The notes: generated by a model from the letters alone, not told the origin. Shown: positions 30,843 through 45,289, counted from the stretch's first letter. The stretch: 64,000 bases of DNA from Eledone cirrhosa (GCA_964016885.1 OZ024762.1:26784001-26848000), one strand, 5' to 3'. Program-made: numbers and translations.

Positions 30843-33800
30843 CCGGAGGGTAGACTGGTAGTCCGAGACGTAAACAGTATTGGAGGTAGAGCCTTCAGAC
30901 TGGTGGCCGTTTATGCCCCGACCGGGCAATCGCAATCACGGCCAGACTTCTTTAAGCGTCTAGAGTCTTTTCTGGGAACGTCTCGCTCCTTACTTTTAGA
31001 GGGAGACTAGAATGGTATCCTAGATGCACGATGGGACTATGTGGGAGTATGTCTCAGTAGAGCGGGGTGCAACAGCCTCAAAACTTTAATCGGCCAATTC
31101 CAACTGGCCGATAGGTATCGACTGGATTTCCCGACTGCACCTCAGTAGACGTGGGCAAACAGCAGTGGGACATCTAGATCGTATTTAGATAGGTTCTTCA
31201 TTAGAGAAAGGGACAAGGAGATGTTAAGCTGTCCACGAATGCACATGGTTGCCTATTCAGATCACAAGTTAGTCGTCTTCATAGTCAACCGTGATAGAAT
31301 ACATAGACAGGGACCCGGATACTGGAAGCTGAACGTGTCGTTGCCGGCACGTAAAGCTTACAGTGAACGGATAAGTAGACTAGACAAGCAACAGTTAACG
31401 GGAGCCATCGTCAACAATAGATGGTGGTACTCTCTCAAGAAAGCAATCAGAGTAGAATCGATAGGGTATAGCAGAGAGTTAGCCTTAGAGAAAAACAGAA
31501 TAGAAAGAGAACTAGTAGCCAAGGTAGAGGAGGCACTTAGAAGTGGCAACGCGGCTAGAGTGTTAGCGTCGAGAACGGCACTGGACCAGTTCTTCGATGC
31601 GAAACACGAAGGCTGCGTGGTCAGAAGCAAAACACGTGCTCTAGGAAACGAAGGAACGAAAGCTGTCAGCTGGGCCCGAGTGGCGGAGGCAAAAAGTGGC
31701 AACAAGTCCACGATTCGGTCTTTGAAAGACCAAAACGGACGCGTGCTACTTGACCCCAAGCAAATGTGCGCGGCCTTTCAGCGGCACTTTGCGCGACTGT
31801 TTGAGCAGAACGACGGTGAGCCGAACGGGGCAATGGACTTTAGTTCATACCTCGACGGCCTGCCGCATCTCTCGAACACGGACGCCGAGTTCTGCGAAAG
31901 ACCGATCATGGACACTGAGATACGGGACGCTCTGGGCCGCTGCGGGAAACGCAAGTCACCCGGTCTAGATGGTCTACCCTACGAATTTTACATAGGCATG
32001 CCGGACTTGTTCTCTGGCGTCGTCGAAGCCGTCTACTGCAATTGGCAGCAGAACGGGAGAATTCCCAGTTCTGCAGGCAAGGGCGTAGTAACGCTTATCA
32101 GGAAAGACGAGAACAAGGGGGACGAAATTAACAACTTCAGGCCCATAACTCTGCTCAACACAGAGTTAAAGATTTTGGCCAAGGTGCTAGCGACGAGGTT
32201 GGCGCTTGTCGTCGAGAACCTGGTAGGGAAAGCGCAAACGTGTGCAATCCCGACCAGGTCCATACACGACAACCTCCACCTCATGCGATACATCATAGAG
32301 AGGGTGGGTAGTAAACCCGGCTTCGGTGGGGCTCTGATCAACTTGGATCAGTCTAAGGCATTCGATAGGGTCGACCATCGATACTTGGAAGCGGTTCTCA
32401 AGGCGGCCGGTTTCGGTCCCGTGTTCAGAGGATGGATCGAGGCGATGCACACCAGCATCTGCTCGAGGGTCAAGGTGAACGGCTACCTATCGGAGCCGTT
32501 CGCAATCACGCGTTCCATTCGACAGGGATGCCCTCTCTCCTCCATTCTGTATGTATTGACTCTAGAGCCACTACTGCGGAAATTGGAGCTGTTGCAGGGC
32601 ATCCGCCTAGAACCGGGACTGCGCAAAGCGGCGTCGGCTTATGCCGACGACGTGACAGTAATGGTGTCGAGCACCTCGGAAATCGGGGTGATCGGCAACA
32701 TACTGAAAGAATACGAAACGCTGACGGGAGCAAAACTAAACCCAGACAAGTCTGTCGGTTTGCAACTCGGTACGTGGAGAGGCAAACCGATGACATCCGA
32801 CAGCGTCGTTGGACGCTGGACGGACGGACCGGTGAAATTGCTCGGGGTCTGGTTCGGTCCAGACCTCCAGGTGGAGAAAAACTGGAACGAGGTCACGGCC
32901 AAGGTGTTTGCACTCACTCAGAAGTGGGCAGAGTGCAAACTGTCCTTGAAAGGTCGAGCGGAGGTGGCGAACACTTTCATAGCGTCCGTCATCTACTACC
33001 GCTTGACTGTCGTGCCTTGTCTCCGTGAACACCTCGCGAAGATGGAACGCATGCTCTTCCAGTTTCTGTGGAAGAAGCAGGCTCCGCTGGTGAGGAGATC
33101 CGTCTGCTGTCAGCACCCTTCCAACGGAGGGCTGGGAATGCCGTGGCTGATGATGCGCAAACATGCGCTGAGGCTGCGGCTTCTCCAGGTATTCCTCACC
33201 AACCCCCAACCGGTGTGGGCACCGTTTGTGAGACAGGCTTTCCCACAGCTTGTCTCGCTAACGGAGCTGCAGTCCTGGGTGAAGAAAAGACCGAAAACGA
33301 TGGGCGCCTGGCACATTGAATGCGCTCAGGCGCTCACAGTCCTCTGGCAAGCGGGCGCAGCTATCAGTGGAGACTCCACTTCGACATTCTATAGAGGGAT
33401 TGTACGTTACAAGGGCGACGACGTGCTCGGAGAGACTCTGGGCGTCGAAGACGATGAGCTCACCAGTATGTTTGGTAGGACTTTCCGCCCGGGACCTATG
33501 GACAACTTCCAGAGGTCCCTGGCCTGGCAGTGCTACCGAGGAGCTCTACCGGTTCGTGACAAGATCTACAGGCACGGACGCCCTGGCAGGGATCCTTCCA
33601 AGAGGACGTGTCCAAGATGTGCCAGGACATTGAAACAGTTCTGCACGCAATTGTACACTGCCCGGGCGTAAGCGACCTGTGGAACTATGCAGAACAACTG
33701 CTGTCGCGTATGGGACAAATCCAGTTGACTGCCGAGTCCATAGTAAGGATCAAACCGCCAGACTCTTTCAAAAACCAAAGAGAGGCGGTTTTCCTCTGTA

Positions 33801-34258
33801 CGGTGGCTATGGTGAAAGAAGTTATATGGTGGACGAGGTTGAGAGGACTGAGGACAGATGCCTTTCTCTCCGGACAACAATTGATTCCCTTCTTTAAGTA
33901 TCACTTTAGAAGGAGAATCAGGGTGGAGAGAGAGGCACTGCACCCCAGTAAATTTACTGAAAGGTGGGTGAATGAAGCGAAAATGGCCCGAGTGATTGGG
34001 CCTTCTCTGTTTATAAGCTTGTAGGTTGAGGAAGAGAGCAAAAAGAAGAAAGGAGCACTTGCACAACACGCTCCTCGAGTTGAGGGTTGTTCTATCGACG
34101 GGGTATTAAACAACCCATTTGTGGCGCCTCCCCCCTATTGGGGATTTCGATTGTTGAAATTGTTTGTTTTTATATTTTTTACACGACTGTATGTAAAATC
34201 CCCGGCATGTCTTTGTATTGTCCCCTTTCTTGTTGCGCCCTTGTGGCTAATAAAGAAA
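30843..34258 (+). mobile_element. 5'-truncated L1/Tx1-clade LINE, ORF2 nearly intact
   Basis: APE motifs VYAP, GD*N, SYLDR, SDH. RT motifs KSPGLDG, NFRPITLLN, AFDRVDH, RQGCPLS, YADD. C-terminal CPRC..ETVLHAIVHC. AATAAA at 34249. GC-rich relative to the flanks. Confidence 0.95.
31221..34024 (+). pseudogene. Tx1-like ORF2 (APE end, RT, CCHC knuckle) with one frameshift near 33620
   Basis: The 816 aa ORF 31221-33671 continues in ORF 33608-34024. In-frame stops lie upstream at about 31008 and 31146. Confidence 0.9.
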
Positions 34259-34326
34259 TCTATCTATATCAGTCTATCTCTTTCTCTCTCTATATATATA
34301 TATCTCTTTCTATATATATATATATA

Positions 34327-34479
<153 letters not shown>

Positions 34480-34621
34480 GGAAAAAATGAAACATACTTA
34501 TATATATATATACATATACATATATATATGTGTGTGTATATATATATATATATATACATTTCCATATATATAAGTACAACACCAACATACCTATATATGT
34601 ATGTATATGTATATATATATA

Positions 34622-34962
34622 TCTAGGGCGGGTAAAATTCCCGAGATCCTTGGACGAGATCTCTCCAGCGGTCTCTGTCCCTCATTATCGCTGCCATGTC
34701 CTGCGTCTCCAACAGACCAGTGTCTCTCCTTAGGGCATCAACATACGTTAACCTCGGTCTTCTTCTTCCAGTGTGTCTATACAGAGGCTTCCACAGGAGC
34801 ACTGATTGCAGTGTCAACTCTGGATGTCGGTGAGCATGTCCAGCTAAACTCAGTCTACTCTGTGTCACTTTTGAGCTGACTTTTAAGAGTCTCCCATACA
34901 GCTCTGAGTTTTTCATCATCAGTGTATACTGATTAATGTTCAGAGCCATCCTCAGCATTCTC
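34622..34962 (-). mobile_element. RTE LINE 3' fragment
   Basis: MLRMALNINQY..LAGHAHRHPE..GRRRPRLTYVDAL; same family as 1215-2300. Confidence 0.85.
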
Positions 34963-35229
34963 TTAAGCTAACAATGCATATATTTCAGGTGACATATAGG
35001 CATTGTTAGCTTAAGAGAAACTTAAAAATAGGGAGTGGCACCCCATTCTGAACTTGGTTATAGAATTCTTTCTGCCTTTGTTACTCTAAATATACATTAT
35101 AGCTTTAAAGAATTAGCTTTTAATGAATTCCATTTTCTATCAACCAATGACCTCTACCCATCCCACTCCCCACCCTCTCCTACCACCTGAAGAGACCTAT
35201 AAAATACCTTATTTATTTTTTGCTACCCA

Positions 35230-35280
35230 GATTCCTGATGATTTCTAAAGAATGAAACAGTAGAATCAAACTGTAGAATC
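35230..35280 (+). ncRNA. Intact type I hammerhead ribozyme (family B)
   Basis: GATTC-CTGATGA-tTTCT aa AGAAt-GAAA-CAGT agaatcaa ACTG-TA-GAATC. The downstream 3' end recurs at 39516-39605, 43352-43430 and 56530-56610. Confidence 0.85.
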
Positions 35281-35707
35281 TCATCTATATTAAAACTTTT
35301 ATACTCTGCTATGTATTGAGTACCTTACTTACTGTGGTTACCTCCGATCAACCCGGAATAACGTACCTATATATATATATATATATATATAAAACTGATG
35401 TTGTCTGTGTGTCCTCATTTATATATTCCTTGCGGTCTAAAGATATTAATTACTGCTTTTTTTTTTTCAATGTTATGTTGTTAAACGGTGTTAGGCGCCG
35501 GTTATCCATCTCGTCGCGCTCTTATAATATCTGGCTGTGTGCCTGGCTGTCTGCATAACGTCATTGCTGATTATCGCTACATTCACACACGCACACGCGC
35601 AAGCGCGCTCGCACGCACGCATATATATTTATATATATATACTTATATATACACATATATACATATACACACACATATATACACATATACATATATATAT
35701 CATCATT

Positions 35708-35995
35708 ATCTATAAAAGTCATATTGTTGTTGTGTTTGGTGTGTGTGTCTGTGTGCATGTTCCATGTTTATACATTTGGACAATTCCAAATCGATTCGAG
35801 GCAACCTCTGTAGGAATGTTGGAAATGGTCTAACTTAGGTCACCGACTATTTAGTCTTTTCCAACTCACCCACAATTAGTGGAATAATCGATAAAACTAA
35901 ATACATGACGCTTTACTCCTCTAATACAGTCTGATGTATTCTCTCTACTCCCCTTAACATTCGATCAAGCTACATACATGCTGCAACTTCCTCTT
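35708..35995 (+). mobile_element. Helitron-like 5' fragment (TCTATAAAAG family)
   Basis: Homologous to the arms of 51160-51680; begins A-TC. Confidence 0.45.
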
Positions 35996-36162
35996 ATATA
36001 CGCTTAAACCCACTCCTTACAAACTTCCTTTAGGAACTCCGAGGAAAGAAGAGAGAAAGAAATGACTTGTTCCCTGGTACCTCCTGAAACGAGACGATTG
36101 TATATATATATAAGAGAATGTGAAGTAATCTTGAATTGCATCAATGATTACGGCAAGTATAT

Positions 36163-36358
36163 ATTGACATTGCACTCAGTGCTCCTTTGGGAGCCCCTAC
36201 ATGGACACACTAGAAGAGGAAGACCAAGGTTAACATATGTTGATGCCCTAAGGACAGACACTGGTCTGTTGGAGATGCAGGATATGGCAGCGATAATGAG
36301 GGACAGAGACCGCTGGAGAGAACTCGTCCATGGATCTCGGGAATTTTACCCGCCTTAG
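36163..36358 (+). mobile_element. RTE LINE 3' fragment
   Basis: LHSVLLWEPLHGHTRRGRPRLTYVDAL..SREFYPP. Confidence 0.85.
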
Positions 36359-36477
36359 ATAGATAGATAGATAGATATATATAAATACCGGGGCGGTGGA
36401 AGCATTTCTGAATTGGTGGGGGCCAGATTTGGTCAATTTAGTTGTATTGATTAGTTTAGCTGTTATTATCAAATCCC

Positions 36478-36597
36478 TGTGAGTTCAAATCCCGCCGAGG
36501 TTAACTTTGCCTTTCATCCCTTCGGGGTCGATAAAATAAAGTACCAGTAATGCATTGGGTAATTGCTGGCCTTGTGCCTAACGTAGAAACAATTATC
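36478..36597 (+). mobile_element. SINE
   Basis: B-box plus central domain plus tail. Confidence 0.8.
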
Positions 36598-36763
36598 AAA
36601 TATCAATCTAGATGTAATTAACTTCGATCTGTGATAAACATAACATGTATATATATTGTATCGTATATAACTAGATACAAATAGATGTGTGTTGGTAGTT
36701 TGGGGAGGAAAATATACAATTATTGGGCGGCGGTGGAGAGGGAGGAGGATTGGTCAACACCTG

Positions 36764-36881
<118 letters not shown>

Positions 36882-37047
36882 TTACCGTAAACATTTATAT
36901 ATATATATAAAGTTTAAGCAAAGTATCGCTGCTTTCACCCTTAACGGGATCTTCTGAAACTAACAAAGTCAATCTGTGAACGCAGAAGTGAATATTTCAA
37001 AAAACGTTGCAACCGGAGGAAGACAGGAAGACGATACTTTGGATCGT

Positions 37048-37309
37048 GGAAACGTTCCCTGGCAAAGAACGGGAAAAAACGAATAAGATACGTCATTATT
37101 TGGAGCGGTGAAAAACAATTACACGCAAAGACAAAACCACGTCTATGGTATAATAGAAGTCGTAGACTAATGTTCTCTTAGGTGGTTCATAGAGACGTTC
37201 TCTGGCAATGAACGAAAAAACGAAGATAATAGGTCATATGTGGACCGGAGAGACCAATTGCACGCAAAGACAAAACCACGTAAATGGTATAGCAGAAGTG
37301 GTAGACTAA
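37048..37309. repeat. Diverged tandem duplication (about 145 bp unit)
   Basis: ACGTTCYCTGGCAA..CACGCAAAGACAAAACCACGT..GTAGACTAA occurs twice. Confidence 0.75.
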
Positions 37310-37477
37310 AATTCTAACTAGGAGACCGAATGATTCTCGGCTTCAGAGTTAAGAATAAAGTAAATAAAATACAGAGAAAATTGAAATTAAATAAATACAT
37401 ACACGCATCCATATACGAACATACACAAGCATATGCGAAAAGACTCGCCATAGGTATACAAATACACTCACATATAA

Positions 37478-37530
<53 letters not shown>

Positions 37531-37532
37531 TG

Positions 37533-37564
<32 letters not shown>

Positions 37565-39360
37565 CGTGTATACAAATAATTAAATAAACGTATATAAATA
37601 AATAAATACGTATATAACAAGCGCACACACATACCTACATGTAAATACACAAATGTTCGGAGACGTACGTCAACCAGAACACGAAGTACACATATACACA
37701 CACCCTACATACGTACGAACCCGCATACTCACACAGACGCAAAACTCACGTATACACATAACCAAAAGCATATGTACCAGAATATATACAATATACGCCA
37801 TAACATGTACAATCAAATATACGTACGAGAAAGTATACGTCTGGAATGTCTCCCCTGGGAACATAAATACTGCAACCTGAACTATATTGTACTTCTTGTC
37901 TTGATTTCTCCATCTTACTCCACCACCACTCTTGTTGGTTTATTTATATATTTATATTTATATATTTATATATTTATACCTTTGCTTTATCAATGTGCTT
38001 TTCCACGTATTCCACTTGTATGTATCCATGTATTTCTACTCCTCCTATTGGGACTTTTGCTCACTTGTACCCATTAGCACACGACACTAGAATGTCTCCC
38101 CCTGAGAACAAAAATAAATATTACTCGACTATATCCCTTATTCTACATCCCACTAGGATAAATTATAGAAGATCTACATAATACAATTAACGTTTCTTCA
38201 TAAAAGACTCTCTTTAACTAAAACCCGCAACCCAAAACCTTAAAAAAGTTTTTTTTTATGTTTAATTTTCAATTTTCTGTTTGTTCAATTCTCAATCTTC
38301 TTACTCTTTAATTTTATAATGTTATTCTGAATTCTTTCAACTTCATCCTATAAATTTAAACAATATTTTAACGTTCCAACTTTCTGTCGGACTGTTGGGT
38401 TGGTTTTCCTGGCGGCGGGACCGGCCCCCTGGTGCATAGGCCTACCTTGAGTGCTTGGAAAAATAAATTTCCCCTTCTTTCGGTAAATGAAACTACTCGG
38501 AGTGGCTTGATTCGCCCCAGGGGCCCGGCGCGCGGCCGGTTTTTTTAACCGCCACATAGTACCTGTAAATTACAGATCAAATCAGAACTATTACATATAT
38601 CAACCTTAAAATGTTAAACTGTTTAACTTTAAATTTTCTAATTTCTTTAATATTAAATATTAATTATTAATTTTTAACTTCATCCTATAAGTCTAAACAA
38701 AAACGTAATGTTCCAGTCTTCTGCTCACACATTATAACACACTGACCCCCACTATATTTACCTCTGCTAAGATACGGGTCCCTCTGAACATTTTTTCGCG
38801 CCACTCCTGGCCTGACTGTTGTCTGACATTAATATCGACCTTCCTTCCTCTTTCTCTCTATCTTTCTTCTTGTAGCAATCAACCCTGACTTGTTCTACTT
38901 CTTCCTTTTCTTCCTTCTCTTCTCCCTTCTTTCTGTCTTCTTCCCGCAGACTTATCTTCCTTCCCCTTTTTGTTTGCCTATATTTGACCGGTAGTAGTTG
39001 TTAAGATACGGGTCCCTTTGAATAAAAACATTTTTTCGCGACAATGCTGGCCTGATTGTAATACCGACCTTTCCTCCTCTTTCTTTCTGTCTTTCTTCTT
39101 ATCGCTGACATTAACCCTGGCTTCTCTTCTTCTTCCATCCCCCTTCTTCTCTCTTCTTTCTTTCTTTTTCTTGTGGCATGATATTAACGCTGACTTATGT
39201 TCCTATCCCTTTCAGTTTTCCTTTATCTGACCCGTAAGTTTCAGCCACGTCACTCGAGGGCGACCGGCAAAGGTAGAAGATGGTGAATGGCGGTCGCGCC
39301 CGGGTCCTTGATTTTCAGCCCCTTGGATTTTATCTATTACATTCACGTATTATATTTCGA

Positions 39361-39418
39361 ATATGTGATGATATCACCGGATTCATACGGAACCCGGTCA
39401 TTGAAATGATCATAGTAT
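39361..39418 (+). ncRNA. Hammerhead motif (C3G) near the 3' end of a probable PLE remnant at about 37880-39475
   Basis: ATAT-GTGATGA-..ACCGG..CCGGT..-GAAA-TGATCA-TA-GTAT. Confidence 0.6.
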
Positions 39419-39472
39419 AATAAACCTTTCAAGGATTTACACAAATCCAGCCTCCTGTAATTTCATTATAAT

Positions 39473-39516
<44 letters not shown>

Positions 39517-39631
39517 GTTATTCCGGGTTGAATCGGAGGTTAACCACAGTAAGTAAGGTACTCAATACATTGCAGAGTATAAAAGTTTTAATATAGATTC
39601 TCATCTATATATATATATATATATATATTCA

Positions 39632-40425
39632 AAGACCTACCTGTATAGATGAGAAATGTATAATCTGTAAATTAAGCCCCCATATTAACTGTAAAACTAG
39701 AAATGTAGTATATAGCATAAGATGTACCGAAGGACAATGTAGAGATAAAAATATAGTGTACATAGGTGAGACAGCTCGTTGTATAGGGGAACAGATAAAT
39801 GAACACTGACGAGACTTCAAGATAGTAAAGAATCATCTGTACTCTACCAACATGCTCAAATAGAACATAAGGGTAAATTAGAGAACATAGAAATAAAAAT
39901 AGAATCTACACACAGAAAAGACGCAATGTTTAGACAAATCACAGAGGCAATAAACATAAATGAATTACAACCAAAATTAAATAGAAAAACATAAGTGGAA
40001 CAGCAACATCACAACCTATAATTAAGGACAAAATGAAAACACACACGCACATAGATCAAACAAACAACCAGTAACCTGTAAATAAATTAATAAATAAACG
40101 AATATAAACACACACAGACACCCGGATGTAACACATGCGCAAGCTAAGCACACAACACACGCAAAAACAAGATGGCGTAGGACAGAACAAAGGAGAGGGA
40201 CCAAAAACAAAGAAAAGAATCCCCAGTCACTGAAGAGGTCACAGAATGTGTGACGAAAGAACTTTGACAATATATAAACAACCACCTGGTTGTGGAACCA
40301 ACCAACCAACCGGAAATTTCTAAATTCCTAAATTTATAAATTTATTATAATAAATTGAAGTGAAAGCAACATTGCGTGTGTTTCTTATTGTCAACATGAC
40401 CCTCCCAAAGTATAACAATATTGGT
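39632..40425 (+). mobile_element. Penelope-like 3' fragment (second copy of 9655-10645)
   Basis: High nucleotide similarity over the GIY-YIG region and 3' repeat. Confidence 0.85.
40226..40268 (+). ncRNA. Type I minimal hammerhead ribozyme
   Basis: GTCA-CTGAAGA-gGTCACA gaatg TGTGAC-GAAA-GAAC-TT-TGAC. Confidence 0.8.
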
Positions 40426-40645
40426 TTCAACACACGTTTTCAGATAAAGAATCTTGCTAAACAAATTCAGAAACGAAATATATATATATATTTAGTTATG
40501 TAATAAGCAACATAAGGTAATTATTTCATTTACCAGTGGAAAGCAAACAAATGTTGCTTTCAATCATCAGAATGAAAAAATCCTGGTGTCTATGTGTATA
40601 TATATATATCATAATAAAATGTGAAGAGGAGTAACACGAGTTAGG

Positions 40646-40679
<34 letters not shown>

Positions 40680-41289
40680 GAAAACACGGGGAAAGAGACG
40701 ATTATGAGGAAGAAAAACATTTTTTTTTCTTTTTTTGTCTCTCTCTCTTTTTCTGGGTTAGAAAATGATTAAAACGAAATGTTTTACTTTGTGTGAAGTG
40801 TTAAGGTATTAGTTAATTTATTTATTATTTAACAATGGCATTTATATATCTATTTATATATTTAATTATTGTCTATTACCGGTTTCTGCATTTACATGCA
40901 TTATCAAATGATAGTGAAATGTATTAGTGTGGTGTCACACATGTTAAACAGAAGGTGCAGAAAGAATAATGTTATATACAAACAAGGTTTAAGAAGTGAA
41001 AAGAAAAAAGAAAAAGGAAAAAAAAACATGCATAATGTGGAACGTAAAAAGTCAATGTGGAAGAAAAGTGAATGTTATTTACAAGCACAGTCATTGAAGT
41101 TAAGTAGTTCAAAATGTGTTAATATCGCAAGAGTGCTTAGTTGAACCATGGTTCCGTGAAGGAGGCAAATGGTGGACTGTGGTTTGATATGATTTCCCTT
41201 TTTAGAGAATTAATATGCAGGGGGAAGCAATTCTTGCTGGGTGATATTTAATTTATTTAAGAAAAAGGATTAGGAACCATGGTTTAACT

Positions 41290-42800
41290 AAGATAGATGA
41301 GAACATATCCTATAATGGTATCTATAATAAGGAACGCGTAACCAGGAATACTACACCCGATTAAGAAAGATCTGGTTATCGGAACTCTCTGCGCAAAACA
41401 AAACAGTGGCTCACAATGTGTTTGCTGCACCTGTCCTAACACCAACGTTCGGAATACTCAATTGGACGATAGACGAAATCCGAGCAGTTGGTGTTGGAAC
41501 TCGAAAAGTACTAAACAACACCGGAAAATTCCTCATCAACAGTGACATAGACCGCCTTTACTTGAATCGTAAGCAGGGAAGCAGAGGCCTAACATAAGTC
41601 CAGACAACATTTGAATGTTGCATCATATCTCTCCAACAACATCTACGAACCTTAAAGCGTAGGAGCCCGTTTCTCGAGCAAGTCTATCTGTATGAAACAG
41701 ATACGATTATGAGAGTTGGGAAGGAACTCCTTGAGAGATATTCCCTGTGTGATAATCAAAAACTCACACCCAGGGAAGTCGCTCAGCAGTATCGCAGTAG
41801 ATCCATGGATGAAAACTACATACTTATCAGCAAAAATGCATGCATAGATATGTTGCCAGGAAGCTCCAGAGTGAGAGTAATATAGATAAGGAATGTGGTT
41901 TATCTTGGCCCAACAACCGCTATATTGGCTCCCACTTTGAAGGATACGCTTTTGCAATCCAAGAACAGGAGATTAACACGAAATACCTGATTCACAAAAG
42001 AGGTAGGGATGCATGCAAAACACCGAGATGTGATAACAAGTGCAGACTCTGCAGAACATATCACCTTTGTCATTAGCAGCTGTCCAAAGATGTCATCGCG
42101 GTACTATCTACCTCTGAGGCGTGATGTAGTGGCCAAAACACTGTACAATGTTGTACGTAAAAAAGATAGCCCCGATAATAAACACATTAAAAGCTACAGC
42201 AATATGGAAGACATCCATGTACATAATATGAAAGAGTACTGGTGGAATGTTCCAGTAAAACCCCAATAAAATGCAGGCATAACAGACCAGATATTATGAT
42301 ATGGGACAGGGCGAAGAAAGCATGCACAGTAGTGGAAATTAGCTGCCCAGCAGATGCCAGTATAATATCAAAGATTAGTGAAAAGGAGAATATTTATGCA
42401 GAACTGATGAGAAATCTGCAGATACTCCACCCTGATTACACCTTCAGATTTATGCCTGTGATTATTGGGGCACTGGGGTATGTTAGTAACTCCCTCAATA
42501 CAAATCTTGAGAAGCTAGGCTTCACAGGAACAGAAAGAACACAACTAGTTAGGAAATTACAAGTACAATCCATTAATGGAACAGTAAAAATATGTAAAAC
42601 ATTCCAAACATTTTGTATCTAATAACTGCATATACACATGTACAGATGCAAAGCATATACACATACACACATACAACTCAAAACATACACATCCACACAT
42701 ACAATAACATCCATATCTATACATTCATGCATACACATATATCTACCTAGTTGATGTTGTGTAAATTCCAATGAGAGATTCTTCTGCCTATGTTAGGAAC
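41290..42800 (+). mobile_element. R4-clade non-LTR element 3' half (RT end, CCHC, REL endonuclease), disrupted
   Basis: APVLTPTFGILNWT, DIDRLYL.R..G.RGL, AIQEQEINT, KCRLC, SCP, HNRPDIMIWD, VEISCP, PVIIGALG. Confidence 0.85.
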
Positions 42801-43442
42801 CGACTCTCTTTCTATTGGTAAAACTTTGTGAAATTATAAAACCAGATGAACATACATACATACGTACATACATACCTACATACGTACATGCATATATACA
42901 TACATACAAACACACACACACATATATAAAGTTTTCTCGAAGATCGATTTGAAGCGCGATTGTATTAGAATCCCTAGAATTGTGAGAGATCCTCATCTCA
43001 AGTAATGTGTTAAAACAACAAAATGCCGTCAATGTCAGCACCAGCTAAGATTTACCCCCCAAAAAATACAAATCAGAGGTTAGAGGTGTGTCGGCCCACA
43101 GAAATGATAGGAACAAAGGAAGAAAATGAATGAGACAAGATCACACAAAATCATTTCACCTCAGACATCATTTCAGACCGGCTGTAGTTTCGCTTCTTCC
43201 TTTGCTTCCTCCTTCCTATCACTTCTCTGGACCAATATCCTTCTAGCCGCTAATTTCTGTCATTGGAGGTAAATTTTGCCCGACGCTGTCACTGACCACA
43301 TTCTACTGAGTTTTCCTTATAATCGCATAAATATATATACATATATATATGTTTATCACGGGTTCAATTGGGAGTAACCACAGTAAGTAAGGTACTCAAT
43401 ACATAGCAGAGTATAAATATTTGATATAGTCCTGGAGAAGCC

Positions 43443-43591
<149 letters not shown>

Positions 43592-43651
43592 CTCCCTTCC
43601 CTAACCTCATTACACTACTCATACGTGTATCTGTTCTCTCCCTATCCGAAT

Positions 43652-43686
43652 TTTGCTGAAGTAGGATTTCTGTCCGAAACGTTGAA
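43652..43686 (+). ncRNA. Minimal PLE-type hammerhead (A9T)
   Basis: CTGAAGT-aGGA tttctg TCC-GAAA-CG-TT. Confidence 0.55.
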
Positions 43687-43784
43687 GCTTTCTCCCCTTC
43701 CAGCAAGCTTGAACCTAATATAACTGTGGAGAAATGGCCCCCCTACGTGTTGTTTGTTTTATTTATTAACGATATATATATATT

Positions 43785-43888
43785 CTAGGGCGGGTAAAAT
43801 TCCCGAGATCAATGGACGAGTTCTTACCAGCGGTCTCTGTCCCTCATTATCGCTGCCATGTCCTGCGTCTCCAACAGACCAGTGGCTG
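43785..43888 (-). mobile_element. RTE LINE extreme 3' fragment
   Basis: CTAGGGCGGGTAAAATTCCCGAGATC matches 34622. Confidence 0.8.
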
Positions 43889-44041
43889 TCCTTAGGGCAT
43901 CAACATATATATAAACATTTAATATAGAAATGGCTTCTACAGGAATAGAACATTTTCATTCGAAGGAAATCACCAGATAAGCATTTTCCTGGTGATTTAC
44001 TTCGAATGAAACAGTTTTAGTTCTACCCCCGATTGAACCCA

Positions 44042-44092
<51 letters not shown>

Positions 44093-44399
44093 ACTTTTTA
44101 CAGGTCTCGTGTCTGAAATCGTACTAAATCAACGTCTAGGAGTATTTATTTACCATTAATTCAGATTTCAATATTTTCATGTTTTTAATTAAATATAATA
44201 TTCTGCCTGAAAGCTGTAATTTCTGCCAACAGTTTCTCATACCTTAGGCAAAGGAATTGGTCGAAGAATTTAAATGAGAATATTTAAATCTTAAAGAAAT
44301 TTAATTCAGGTATTCATTTCAATGGAGTACAGGTATAAACGCGACGAGTATTAATTTTATAATTTGTCCTACTGTAACTGGGAAAATATATAGAATATA

Positions 44400-44941
44400 T
44401 TAGTTTCTGATTTAGTCACAAGGCCAGCAATTTTGGGTAGGGAACAGTTGACTAAATTTACCCCAGTGTATTACTGGTACTTTATTTCTAGCTTAGACAC
44501 AAGGCCAGCAATTTTTTTGGGGGGGAGGGAAAAGTTGATTAAATCTACCCCAGAGCATTACTGGTACTTTATTTCTAATATAGACACAAGGCCAGCAATT
44601 TTGCTTTGCAGCATAGAGTTACGGACCTTTATGATCTGAGTTCAGATACCGCCGTGGTTAACTTTGCCTTTCAGCCTTACAGGGTCAATAATGTAAAGTA
44701 CCAGTCACGCACTGGGGTCGATTTAATCGACTTTCCCCTCCCCTAAAATTGCTGGCCTTGTGCCTATATAAGAAACCATTATTATTGGGTGGTGGATTGA
44801 CAATATCGGTAGAGGGTCGGACGCCATGATTTGACTCATAGACTTACGGCTCTTGCCATTCTCAGTTCAAATCTCGCCGAGATTAACTTTGCCTTTCATC
44901 CTTACGTTGTCGATAAATAAAGTACCAGTAATACACTGGGG
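44400..44941. mobile_element. Cluster of SINE copies and fragments in both orientations
   Basis: Three minus-strand tail repeats (CACAAGGCCAGCAATT) and two plus-strand SINEs (about 44605-44785 and 44787-44941) running into the gap. Confidence 0.8.
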
Positions 44942-45141
44942 NNNNNNNNNNNNNNNNNNNNNNNNNNNNNNNNNNNNNNNNNNNNNNNNNNNNNNNNNNN
45001 NNNNNNNNNNNNNNNNNNNNNNNNNNNNNNNNNNNNNNNNNNNNNNNNNNNNNNNNNNNNNNNNNNNNNNNNNNNNNNNNNNNNNNNNNNNNNNNNNNNN
45101 NNNNNNNNNNNNNNNNNNNNNNNNNNNNNNNNNNNNNNNNN
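44942..45141. other. Assembly gap (200 N)
   Basis: Run of N. Confidence 1.
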
Positions 45142-45226
45142 CAACACCAATATCAAACGTATGTCAGTGAAGAGCGTAAATATACAGCCACAGAAACAAT
45201 TGTACCGAACATACCACCCTCTTTGG

Positions 45227-45289
<63 letters not shown>

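Noticed and set aside
31358-34113. Overlapping antisense and alternative-frame ORFs in the Tx1 element
   Set aside because: They are shadow ORFs of a GC-rich coding sequence with no recognisable motifs.
44853-45170. ORFs spanning poly-X
   Set aside because: They are an artefact of the 200 N gap.
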